NCBI GenBank assembly: GCA_963823665.1 | Contig: CAWGMQ010000004.1 | Coordinates: forward strand, 1,248,001 to 1,312,000 | DNA length: 64,000 nt | Source: an uncultured Planctomycetota bacterium | Lineage (GTDB): Bacteria > Planctomycetota > Planctomycetia > Isosphaerales > Isosphaeraceae | Reading direction: 5' to 3' | Part shown: piece after piece, positions 41,736 to 51,211 of the stretch | Numbering within the stretch: position 1 is the first letter of the stretch | Layout: the number at the start of each line of letters is the position of its first letter | Translations under genes and position numbers: made by a program | Notes under the pieces: model-generated | Told to the model about the DNA's origin: nothing | What the model saw: only the letters and a program-made list of their open reading frames with translations | The model's database searches: none

Positions 41736-42017
41736 ATGTTACCATACACCATCGATGATCCCATCACCGATCCCGTATCAGCCATCGTCGAGGTGACCGT
41801 CGACTTCGGAGGTGGTAACAAGGGCTGGTGCTTCTTCGCTACGCCGGAGGCGCTGGCCGTGTGCGGCGACTTGCTCGAGGGCACGCGAGTCCGGGTACAC
41901 CTCGGGGTGCCCCACATCATCATCGTCAGCGAATTGAGCGCCGGCATCATCGACGACGTCCTGAATCAGTTGTATGATCGGGGCGAATTGGAGGTGCACA
42001 CGGCACCGCTGTCGTAG
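41736..42017 (+). CDS. Small acidic hypothetical protein, possibly immunity-protein-like
   Basis: Compact ORF with FATP...IIIVSEL...GEL pattern between attC-like spacers. Confidence 0.55.
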   Translation: MLPYTIDDPITDPVSAIVEVTVDFGGGNKGWCFFATPEALAVCGDLLEGTRVRVHLGVPHIIIVSELSAGIIDDVLNQLYDRGELEVHTAPLS

Positions 42018-42148
42018 GCGGCTGGCGCCTGGTAATGCGATCCAGCGGACCCCGCTGAGTAGCATTGGGGCTGCGGCCAACGTCTACCGACGCATAGCAG
42101 GCGACCCGCTTCACCCGGTCGTCAGGCATACCAACCACTTGGCGAGAC

Positions 42149-42784
42149 ATGACACAAGGCCGAAACGATTGGTGTAGGCGAACGACCTGGACAGAACGTG
42201 ACCAGGACGAGTTTTTTGCACGCAACAGGCGGAGCCATGGCCCAGACAGCAAGGCGCAGTACATGCGCATTCAGGCGCGTACTCTGTATGAAACGGGAGA
42301 GCCGCAGCTCGTGCGGGCTGCACTCGAACTTCTCGAGCGCGCCTGCGCGGAGTACCCCGGCGCCATGGATAGCGCGCTCGCGCTGGAAACCGCGGGGCAG
42401 TGCTGTGAAGCCCTCGAGCGGATTGACGATGCCATCGAATTCTATCGCCGGGCATTGCAACGCGAACGCGAGTTTCCAGGAATCGGGACCAACGCCGGCT
42501 ACCGTTTAGCCAAGGTAGTGGTCGAACACGACCGCTGGCAGTCTTTACCCTGAGGCACTCGCGGCTGCCGAATTCCACGGTGCGCCTATATGCTGAACGG
42601 GGTCCGTGCGATCGTCGCTCATCGCGGCGGTAAAGCGGCTCGGGCACGGTCGTTGGCGAGAGCAGCGCTCGAAGCGGGCGCAATCCAAGACACGGGGCTT
42701 GGTCACGAGCGCGGTCACCTCGGCACGGTGAAGGATTCACGTACGGCCTTCCACAAGATCCTGCTGCAAATCTCGGATGCCTGA
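42149..42784 (+). pseudogene. TPR protein interrupted by an in-frame TGA at 42551-42553
   Basis: DWCRRTTW...AQYMRIQA and a TPR (DDAIEFYRRAL); ORF 42590..42784 resumes in the same frame. Confidence 0.55.
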
Positions 42785-42906
42785 CTCCAGTTTCAGCAGA
42801 CGTGCCAGTCGCACCACGAAGCGGAAACCTGATACCTTAGCGGGTGGCGAATCATGGCAAAGTACCTCGGACCCGCTCCGCGGGTTGCTGAGCGTCGTCG
42901 TTAGAA
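42779..42906 (+). other. attC-like recombination site (best-preserved copy)
   Basis: GCCTGAC (contains the upstream stop codon), TTCAGCAG ... TTGCTGAG, GTTAGAA. Confidence 0.6.
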
Positions 42907-42917
42907 TCCTGGTTGCG

Positions 42918-43103
42918 ATGTCAGAATTCTCTAGACTCACCACGAGGCTTGTCACCCCGCTGCTGCGGCAGCGTGGCTTCAAGAAGCACGACGCTTTCGA
43001 GGCTAGTCCGACCCACGACTCGGCTGTCTACCGCCGAGGCGATGTCGAGCTGCAATTGACTTACGCTTTCCATCCTTTTCGCGCTCACCAGGCTGTGCCG
43101 TAA
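42918..43103 (+). pseudogene. Truncated cassette-like ORF
   Basis: ATG 12 nt after GTTAGAA; MSEFSRL...LLRQRGFKK runs into the 3' end of the convergent FRG gene. Confidence 0.4.
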
Positions 43104-43924
43104 TAACGCTTCAGCCACGCGCAAAGTCCGGGTAATCCTGGATAGAGGGTTCGCTCGGAAATGTTGTTTTGGTCCAACATCTCCCGAGCCTCCGACTTCG
43201 CACGCGCGGAAATGACGATTCGCACTAGCAAATCTGGATGCACGGCACAGTGCGTTTGCAGGAATGCCTGCGGCGAAGCGAGACCGCCGTTCATGATCGA
43301 CAGGAGACCTGATTGATTTGCGATCCGGGCATCCAAACTTGGTGGCTCCCAGAGCAACATCAATTCGCCTCCGGAATGGCTCTTATCGAGAGCGTCCAGA
43401 TTTTTGAAATTGTCCTCAAGCAATCGCGTATCGTAGACCCATGCAATGCCTTTCAACTTGGCTGCCCGCGTGTTGTTCTGAGCATTGACGTCACGCAGAA
43501 TCCCGGCATGGAGACACCAGATGACACCGTCTTTCTTCTTGTACCTCTCGTCTCCACAAGCAAAGTGAGCAGCGACGAGAGGCGAGGCGGTCCAGTCGAG
43601 GCACCTTGTCGGCAATCCGTTGTGTTGCGCAACGGCAAGCACGTACCATTCGGACATTTGATCGAACGAGCCAGCGCTGGCATACTTGCGAAATGTGCGA
43701 ATGAGACTCCGTTCGACGACGCCCGGGCGCGTGCTCGCTTTTCGAGGCAGCCTCTGCAAACTCGTTTCGAGATCCCAGCTTGCACAGTCCATTCCGCGGA
43801 AGACATAAGGTGATCGGAGATGATCGCCTTCATTTGGCGCAGACTGAACAATGTCGCGCGAATGAAGCTCCGAGATCAACCGCTTCCACGAAGTCACTCG
43901 TACCTCACGTCCCGGCTGCGCCAT
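43085..43924 (-). CDS. FRG domain protein
   Basis: YVFRG, AQHNGLPTRCLDWT, VAAHFAC, RIANQSG and ISERTLYPGL. Confidence 0.9.
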   Translation of the reverse strand: MAQPGREVRVTSWKRLISELHSRDIVQSAPNEGDHLRSPYVFRGMDCASWDLETSLQRLPRKASTRPGVVERSLIRTFRKYASAGSFDQMSEWYVLAVAQHNGLPTRCLDWTASPLVAAHFACGDERYKKKDGVIWCLHAGILRDVNAQNNTRAAKLKGIAWVYDTRLLEDNFKNLDALDKSHSGGELMLLWEPPSLDARIANQSGLLSIMNGGLASPQAFLQTHCAVHPDLLVRIVISARAKSEAREMLDQNNISERTLYPGLPGLCAWLKRYYGTAW

Positions 43925-44420
43925 GATCAGTTTCCTTATCTCGTGAAACTCGGTGCGAGCTGGCTATGGTCCCTGAAAGGCGAGAGTCCGCCAACAGTCG
44001 ACGTGATCGTGGACAGCTCCTGATCACTCGGCGTTTCAACATGTTCTGAACGACAGAGATCGAACAGATGGTCGCGATGCCAAGGAAGAAGACGGTTGGG
44101 CACCACAGGAGCAGAGACCAGATGCCCATCCCCAGGTAGGCGCGGGCGAGGAGATTCACGCGTTCGCCTCTGGCCAGCCTTTGCTTCACGCGATCCTTCA
44201 TTGTGAGCAGGAATGCGATCAGTCCGCCGGCGATCGCGGCGAACACGACCCCGATGATCGCCACTCTCCAGTACGTGGTGCGATCTGCGCTCTTTTCTTG
44301 CCGGAGGAATACTGAGCCTGTGATGTAGGCCGCGACGACAACGCCGCAAACGCCCTTGAGCCAGGTCGATCGATCGCCACGAAAAATCTCGTCGAACTTT
44401 CTGTGGAAGGGTAACCGCAT
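43905..44420 (-). CDS. Hypothetical membrane protein (3 TMs; 3' end uncertain)
   Basis: Three hydrophobic segments with ATG start. Confidence 0.55.
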   Translation of the reverse strand: MRLPFHRKFDEIFRGDRSTWLKGVCGVVVAAYITGSVFLRQEKSADRTTYWRVAIIGVVFAAIAGGLIAFLLTMKDRVKQRLARGERVNLLARAYLGMGIWSLLLWCPTVFFLGIATICSISVVQNMLKRRVIRSCPRSRRLLADSRLSGTIASSHRVSRDKETDHGAAGT

Positions 44421-44583
44421 GGCGCAAGCTCTGGACGTTCCTGGACCAACGTTGATTTGAGGATAGCTCTTGAGAAAGTGATTTTACAGAGTTATTGAGC
44501 TTCGGTGGCACAGCTTGAGAGCGAATGCTCATAAGGAGGAGGGGCGCGGAGACGCCCGATCAGGTGCCATTTGGAGTAAGGCC

Positions 44584-44868
44584 ATGGATCCCATCATGTT
44601 CGGTGTTGGCATATTTGCTTTTGTCCTGGCCGTCGGCCTGGTCGCCGCAGTGACACGCGGGCCGCAAGCGCCCGGGCATTGTCGCGTGGTCGGAGCCGTT
44701 TTTCTGCTGGCGGTCACGGCGTTCTGCGTCTTTGGGTTTCTGGCGACGTTTGAGCCGGCGGACTTCGTGATCATCCGTATCGTCTACTGCGTGGTTGGCG
44801 TCGGTAGTATGACCGGGGCCGGGTGCCTCGTGACGTCGAAAACGACATCGGCCGCGAGTTCTTCGTGA
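44584..44868 (+). CDS. Small membrane protein (3 TMs)
   Basis: GGAG RBS; hydrophobic; FCVFGFLATFEP. Confidence 0.6.
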   Translation: MDPIMFGVGIFAFVLAVGLVAAVTRGPQAPGHCRVVGAVFLLAVTAFCVFGFLATFEPADFVIIRIVYCVVGVGSMTGAGCLVTSKTTSAASSS

Positions 44869-44896
44869 GCATCCGGGCGGGTCAGTCGTTTCACCG

Positions 44897-46201
44897 TCAT
44901 GGGCGCGGAATCGCGGATACGACATTCAGCCCCGTCAGCGTGCCGGTACTCGACCCGAACCTATCGGTTTCCACACCGAGCCGTTCGAGCATCGTCGCGA
45001 ACAGGTTGCAGAGTCGGGTGTTGTTGTTCGCGTCGAATGCCACGTGGCGGCCATGCTTGAATCCGCCGCCGGCGAGTAGGATCGGCACATTACGCGTGTC
45101 GTGCGAGTTGGCGTTGCCCAGGTTGCTGCCGAACAAGACCATCGTTCGATCCAGGAGCGGTGCGCCGGCTTCCTGCTTCGATTTCAGCTTGGCGAGCAGG
45201 TCGCGAACAACGCCGAGCTGAGCCTCCTCGATCAAGCGCAACTGAGCGATCTTGGCCGGGTCTTTCCCGTGGTGAGAGAGGTTGTGGTGATCGATGGTGA
45301 CACCCTTGACCGGCGGGACATTGTTGGCTCCCTGAAGAAAGATCGTCATCACGCGCGTCGAATCGGTCTGGAGCACGAGGGGAACCAGGTCGAACAAGAG
45401 CTTCATGCGGCCGATCAGGTCGTTACCGTCGGTGATGTCGCGTGGCGGCGGAATGGCGAGCTTGGGCTTTGGCTTGTGTGCCCACGCTTCCGACGCGGCG
45501 AGCCGCTCTTCCAGCTCCCGGACCGAGGAGAAATACTCGTCGAGCTTCTCGCGATCGGCGGCACCAGCGCGGCGAGTGAGCGACTTCACCTCGGCCCCAA
45601 CAGTGTCCATGATGCTCTGCCCTTCGCGCAATTTGCGTAGCTGGTCTTGCACTTCAGCGGAGGAGCCGTCGACGAAGAGCTGAGCGAAGACGCGTGAGGG
45701 ACGACTTTCGGCCGGGATCATCACGCCGCCGCGTGTGTACGAGAGACTCGGCGTGCCGGTGCCCAGCACGACGGAGCGAAAGCGCGTTTGCAGCCCGATT
45801 TTCTCGGCCGCGAACTGGTCGAGCGAGACGGTATTCTTGAAACCGCCGAGGCCCGGGAAACGGGCCGCGGTCAGCCATGTCATCTCCGAAGTATGGCCGT
45901 TGGCGCCGGTCTGATCGGGATGCGAGAGGCCGGAGAACAGCGTGAATTCCTGTCGAAGATCCTTGAGGATCTCGAGATACGGAGTCGGCGAATAATCTGC
46001 ACCGGTCTCCTTGGGGAACAGGAACGGCGCGTGCAGGCCGAGCGACGTGCAAATGCACACCATGCTCGTGCGGGACGCACCGGCGGCTGCCGCGCTCGAG
46101 CGAGGCAGAAAAGCGTCCAGAACGGGCAAAGCCAGCGAAACGCCCGCGCCCTGCAGGAATCGGCGACGATGTATGGCACGGACAGAAGAGAACGGTGTCA
46201 T
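44897..46201 (-). CDS. DUF1552 family protein
   Basis: RRRFLQGAGVSLALP, SGLSHP, SLDQ, HHNLSHHG and GSNLGNANSH. Confidence 0.9.
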   Translation of the reverse strand: MTPFSSVRAIHRRRFLQGAGVSLALPVLDAFLPRSSAAAAGASRTSMVCICTSLGLHAPFLFPKETGADYSPTPYLEILKDLRQEFTLFSGLSHPDQTGANGHTSEMTWLTAARFPGLGGFKNTVSLDQFAAEKIGLQTRFRSVVLGTGTPSLSYTRGGVMIPAESRPSRVFAQLFVDGSSAEVQDQLRKLREGQSIMDTVGAEVKSLTRRAGAADREKLDEYFSSVRELEERLAASEAWAHKPKPKLAIPPPRDITDGNDLIGRMKLLFDLVPLVLQTDSTRVMTIFLQGANNVPPVKGVTIDHHNLSHHGKDPAKIAQLRLIEEAQLGVVRDLLAKLKSKQEAGAPLLDRTMVLFGSNLGNANSHDTRNVPILLAGGGFKHGRHVAFDANNNTRLCNLFATMLERLGVETDRFGSSTGTLTGLNVVSAIPRP

Positions 46202-46228
46202 CGCTTCACCGATCAGAAAAAGTGGGAA

Positions 46229-48650
46229 TTACTTATTTTGGAATGTCTCGCTCTGAGCGATTTCGTGAATGAGGCTGCGCAGGCCGCCCCCCCGGGATTT
46301 GAGGCGGGCCACAATCGCTTCCACCACGTCGCGATCGGCGAACTGGATCGACGCACCGGTGGCATACGTCAGCAGATTCGCAGCCAGGTTTCTCGCCAGT
46401 TGATCCTCACGCTCCAGGAGAAGCTGCTTGAAGTCATCGACATCTGTAAACTTTCGTCCGTCTGAGAGCTCGCCTGAAGCATCGACCGGCGGGCCGAGGC
46501 GGTATTCCCAGATCTCGCGACCACGGAACTTTCCCGGGGGCGAGTCGCCCTTTTCTGCGCGATAGCGGCCCCGCCAACCGCCGATCACATCGAAATTCTC
46601 GAGTGCGAAGCCGGGTGGATCAATTTTCGTGTGGCACGAGGCGCAGCTCGCGACCGAGCGATGCTTGGCAAGCTGCTGTCGAATCGACGTGGCCCCGCGC
46701 GTGTCGGGCTCGAACGCCGGGATGTCGGCCGGCGGGGGATCGGGCGGCTCGCCGAGCAACCGCCTCAAGACCCAGGCGCCCCGAAGCACCGGAGACGAGA
46801 AGGTGCCGTTGGCGGTGACCTTGAGGACGCTCGCCTGCGTGAGCACGCCGCCTCGATGAGAGCCCGCCGGCAGCGGCACGCGCTGAAAGCCTTCACCGAC
46901 CACTCCGGCGATCTTGTAATGTTCGGCGATGCAGCGGTTGAGCATCAGGAAATCGGAATGAATCAGGTTTTTCAGCTTTGAATCGCTGCGCAGCATCTCG
47001 GCGAAGAACGCACGCGACTCGCCGACCATCGCCGCATTGAGGATGTCGTCGAATTCCGGGTAGAGCTTCCGGTCGGGGAGCGTGAAGTCGATCTGCCTCA
47101 GGTCGAGCCACTGGCCGACGAAGTTATCGACGAATGCCCTTGAGCGATCGGAGGCCAGCATCCGCTCGACCTGGCCGCGAAGGACCTCCGGCCGGCTCAA
47201 GCTGCCATCGGCCGCGAGCGCGTGCAGCTCCTGGTCGGGGAGCGTGTTCCACAGAAAGTAGGAGAGGCGGCACGCCAGCGCCCGCGGGTCGAGCCCGCCC
47301 GGCTGCTCTTCCAGGAACAAGAACCTGGGCGAGGTGATGACGGCTCGAAAGGCGACGCCCATTGCGTTCTCGAAGGCCAGGCCGTGGTCGAGCCCCATTT
47401 CGGCGAGTTTGACGAAACGGTCTACGTCGGCAGAGGCGACCGGGCGGCGGAACGCGCGAGAAGCAAAATCGCGCAAGACGGGTGCAATCGCCGCCCGCGG
47501 GTTCTCGGGCGCAACTGCGAACGCGGCGCCGCGGCTCGGCCCAGCGCCTTTCTTCGACGGATTTACCTCTTTAACGGGAAGGTCGCCGAACAAGCGGCCG
47601 ACACTTGGCGGCGGCCAGCGGTCGAACAATGGGCCCTCGACTTCGACCCATTCGACGGCGATGCCGCGGCCAGGATACGTTTCGGCGCCGATTCCCCAAT
47701 AACCGCTGCGGTGGCCTTCTTCGTCGTAGTTGGTGTCGAACGGGCTGAGATTGAGTAAGTGGCCTGCCTCGAGCGTGGCGGCCAGTTCCATCACTCGCGG
47801 CTTCTCGGCGGGCAAGTCGAAGTAGCCGAGCAATTGCTGGGTCTTGAAGTCGGTCGAGTAGAGCTTGAGCCACACAGGCCGTCCGGCGGCCTGGTACGCG
47901 TGCGCCGAGATCCGGATCTTGTAGCGGCCGCGATCGCGAACGATCCACTGGCGGAGGACGGTGGGGGAATTGTCATCGAAGATCACGACCGCATCGGGCA
48001 ACACACGAAAGGTCTTCTTGTCCTTTCTCTTCATATCGTCCCGCACGCTCTCTTCATCGTGATAACGGAGCCGCCTTTTCACGAGCGGCGGGCGACGGCG
48101 GAGGTCCATCGCCGCCGTGATCGCGGCATCGGCGGCTTCCAGGTACTGCTGCATGTGCAGCATCGAGAGCCGCAAGCCCGTGGCGACGTTATCGAATCCG
48201 TCCACCGAGGCATCTTCGGGAAGAAAGTGCTGGAGCGGCACGTCAATCGCTAGTAGGTCGTGCAGCGTGTTCTCGTATTCGACCCGATTGAGGCGGCGGA
48301 GAACCACCCGTCCTTCGGTCTGCTGTTTCGCGAGGTTGGCGATCCGCAGCTCCTCGCCAAGGGATTTGAGGAATTCTGCGCAGCGCGGGCTCGGGTTGTC
48401 GCTTGTTCGGCGGCGGCATCTTGTGCTTCTCGACCTTGTCGAAAACCTTGACCCACCGGTTGAACGTCTCTGGGTCGCCGGGTCGCCACGCGAGATCGAC
48501 GAGATTGAGTCCGCCTTTTTTCACAACGGGGTCATGGCAGGTGATGCAGTGCCCGGCGAAGAGCTCGCCGGCGCTCGCAGCGAAATCGGCGCCGCGAGCC
48601 GCGGATGTCAGTGACAGTGCGATAGCCGCCACAGCGAAGGAACGGAGCAT
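46229..48650 (-). CDS. DUF1592/1588/1585/1587/1595 planctomycete cytochrome c protein (frameshift near 48370)
   Basis: CITCH...MPP in ORF 48243..48650; RRLNRVEYENT, RLSYFLW, SSPVLRG and CASCHTKIDPPGFALENFD. Confidence 0.9.
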
Positions 48651-48862
48651 CGGAGTCTCCCAACGACCAGCGCAGCGACCCGAAATGTAGGATAGCCCGG
48701 GTCATGCGAAGCGGGCAAGGACGATTCGCCGTGTGGTCGGGCGCCGTGCCGCAAAGAAACTGCGATGCTGGGTTCGGTTCAACCTTCGTTCCTACCGCGG
48801 TGTGCTGTTGCATGGGGTAATCACAGTGCTCCGCACGTTAGCAGGATTGGCGGGATTCACCG

Positions 48863-50432
48863 CTATGCTTTGGCGAAGACAACGATCAGCCCGCCCGGGG
48901 CGAATCTGGCGTTGCCGGCGAGATTCGCGAGTGCGCTGGCGCTCGAGTACCTGGAGTTGACGCGGAGATCCACCGGCTGGCCGCCGGAGAGCATAGTGCG
49001 GGCCGCGATAACTTGGGCCAGGGGCCGATCGAGTGATCGATTGAAGGCAATCTCGACGCCGATCACATGCTTGGTCTTGCCGGTGCCGGCGGTCAGCACC
49101 GTCTCGATGAGCATCGGTTCTCGCCTTCACGACGCTCGCTTGCCTGACGCTTGCCCTGGCCGGGCCGACGGAATTGGTGACGAGCCGGTAGGAGCCGCCG
49201 TACTTTTTGAGCGTCAGGCCGGAATACGTCGAAACTCCCAACCCGGTCGACACGGTGAGGGTATCGCCTCCAGGGACATCGGCCAGCGCGAACGTAACGG
49301 TACCGCCGGAGCCAGCCGTGGCGACGGCCGAGCTGGGCTTGACGGAAAGCGTGAATCCGAACGGAACGCCGGGTGTGACGGGGTAGACCGGTGGGTCCAG
49401 GGCGCCGATTCCATAGCCGTTCGTGTCCGCGAACCAGACGTTGCCGTCGGGACCAGCCGTGATTCCTTCGGGAGACGATCCGAAACCATTCGCAGGGTTT
49501 TTGACGGCGAATGTGGTCATGGCAAACGTCGAGGGATTCATCATGCCGATCGCGGCGGGATTGCCCATCGTGAACCAGATGTCGCCTCCGGGCCCCGCGG
49601 TGATGCCGCCCACCGAGGCCGGCGTGGGAATCTCGGTGATGACATGGGTTGTCGGGTTGATCATCACGATCTGAGATGCAAAGTTTTCGCTGCACCAGAG
49701 GTTGCCGTCGGGACCAACCGCGATCTGGGCGGGCCCGTTGGCGGGCGCCGGCAGCGCGAATTCGGTGACGGCGTGTGTCGTGGGGTTGATCATCGCGATT
49801 GAGTTGGTAAAGCTGAGCGCCACCCAGATATTGCCGTCGGGCCCGGTGGTGATCCCCACCGGCCCGCTGGACGCGCCCGGGATGGTGAACTGGGTGATGG
49901 CACCCGTCGTCGGGTTGACGATCCCGATCCTGCTGGTCGCGATGTCAGTGAACCAGAGATTGCCGTCGGGACCGAAAGTGATTCCGGTGGGGACGGCGCC
50001 GGCGACCGGGTCGGAGAACTCGGTGATCGCATGGGTCGCCGGATTGATCATCCCGATCGCGCCGCCCCAAACGCCATTAACTGGAATCATGTCGGTGAAC
50101 CAAAGGTTGCCGTCCGGCCCAGTGGTGATCCCATTGGCCAATATGTAATTGCCTGGAAGTGTGACCTCACTGACGACGTGCGTTTCCGGGTTGATGATCC
50201 CGAGGTCGTTTCCGAGCCCCTCGGTGAACCAGAGGTTGCCGTCCGGCCCCAGCGTAATCTGAGTTGGCAGGCAGCCGGGGCTCGGCACAGCATATTCGAC
50301 GATGCCCGAAAGCAACTGGCGCGACTCCAGGCACTCGAGGGCCGGCCGACGGCGACGCTTGCCAGTTGATTTTGGCCATGGGCTGTAGGCTCGGAAACCT
50401 GCACGCGATCGATCCTGTCCGTGGAAATTCAT
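48863..50432 (-). CDS. Exported Vgb-like beta-propeller protein with LExLExRxLL motif (C-terminal frameshift)
   Basis: LECLESRQLLS; seven ITxGPDGNLWF-type repeats; likely C-terminus in ORF 48863..49114. Confidence 0.85.
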
Positions 50433-50584
50433 GGCGACCGTCCTTGTCCGTGAGGCAGCTTGGTGGGCTGACGCTGGGCGGCATTATAACGGGGAAAGAG
50501 GAGTTCTCCACGAGAAATATTTGCGAGTTCGTCGCCTTTGTCGGAGAATCTGGAAAGGTTCCCATCGAGGCAGACTATATTCTC

Positions 50585-51211
50585 ATGGACAACGACGCTT
50601 CCTCGTTGCACACGCGGCCAAGTTTGCTGGTACGCATTCGTGATCCCCAGGACGCAGAGTCGTGGAGGTCATTTGTGGAGCTGTACACCCCGCCGGTGCT
50701 CAGGTACTGCCGGCTGCGCGGACTGCAAGACGCCGACGCCGCGGATGTGACCCAGGAAGTGATGGCCCAGGTGGCGCGGTCGATGCGATCGTTCCGGTAT
50801 GCTCCGGAGCGCGGCCGATTCCGCGATTGGCTGGGAACCATCACGCGCCGCAAGGTGAACCGGCATTTTTTGACGAAGAGAAACCTGGGCACGGCCGGCG
50901 GCGGAGGCAGCGATACGCCCGAAAGCATCAATAACCCGAGAGTGATCGAGGCTGACCCAGATTGGAGTGCCGAGTTCAACGCGCAGATCCTTCGAGCTGC
51001 GCTCGAGAGAGTCCGTCCCTTGTTTGGTCCGGCGACGTGGAACGCGTTTGCCGGTGTCTGGCTCGAGGATCGAACCGCGGCCCAGACTGCTGCTGCTCTT
51101 GGCGTGTCTCTCGAAGCCGTCTATGTGGCCAAGTCGAAAGTCTTGAAGCGGCTCGAAGAAGAGGTGCTGACCCTGGCAGAAGACTTCCCAGTGGCGCATA
51201 CGAGACCATGA
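50585..51211 (+). CDS. ECF sigma-70 factor
   Basis: TRPSLLVRIRD, DAADVTQEV, GRFRDWL and AVYVAKSKVLKRL; ATGA overlap with the kinase. Confidence 0.92.
   Translation: MDNDASSLHTRPSLLVRIRDPQDAESWRSFVELYTPPVLRYCRLRGLQDADAADVTQEVMAQVARSMRSFRYAPERGRFRDWLGTITRRKVNRHFLTKRNLGTAGGGGSDTPESINNPRVIEADPDWSAEFNAQILRAALERVRPLFGPATWNAFAGVWLEDRTAAQTAAALGVSLEAVYVAKSKVLKRLEEEVLTLAEDFPVAHTRP

Larger units (their letters stand above)
40386..43103 (+). mobile_element. Degenerate integron-cassette-like array with no integrase in the window (CALIN-like)
   Basis: Five small co-oriented unrelated ORFs separated by attC-like spacers at 41653-41711, 42027-42127 and 42779-42906, with partial sites at 40386-40418 and 40878-40884. 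Confidence 0.55.

Noticed and set aside
42551..42553. In-frame TGA as selenocysteine or readthrough
   Set aside because: No redox motif or evident SECIS, and the flanking sequence looks degraded; pseudogene or indel error is more likely
49420..50260. Virginiamycin B lyase antibiotic-resistance gene
   Set aside because: Only the propeller repeat is shared; the export leader and extra C-terminal domains point to a surface protein
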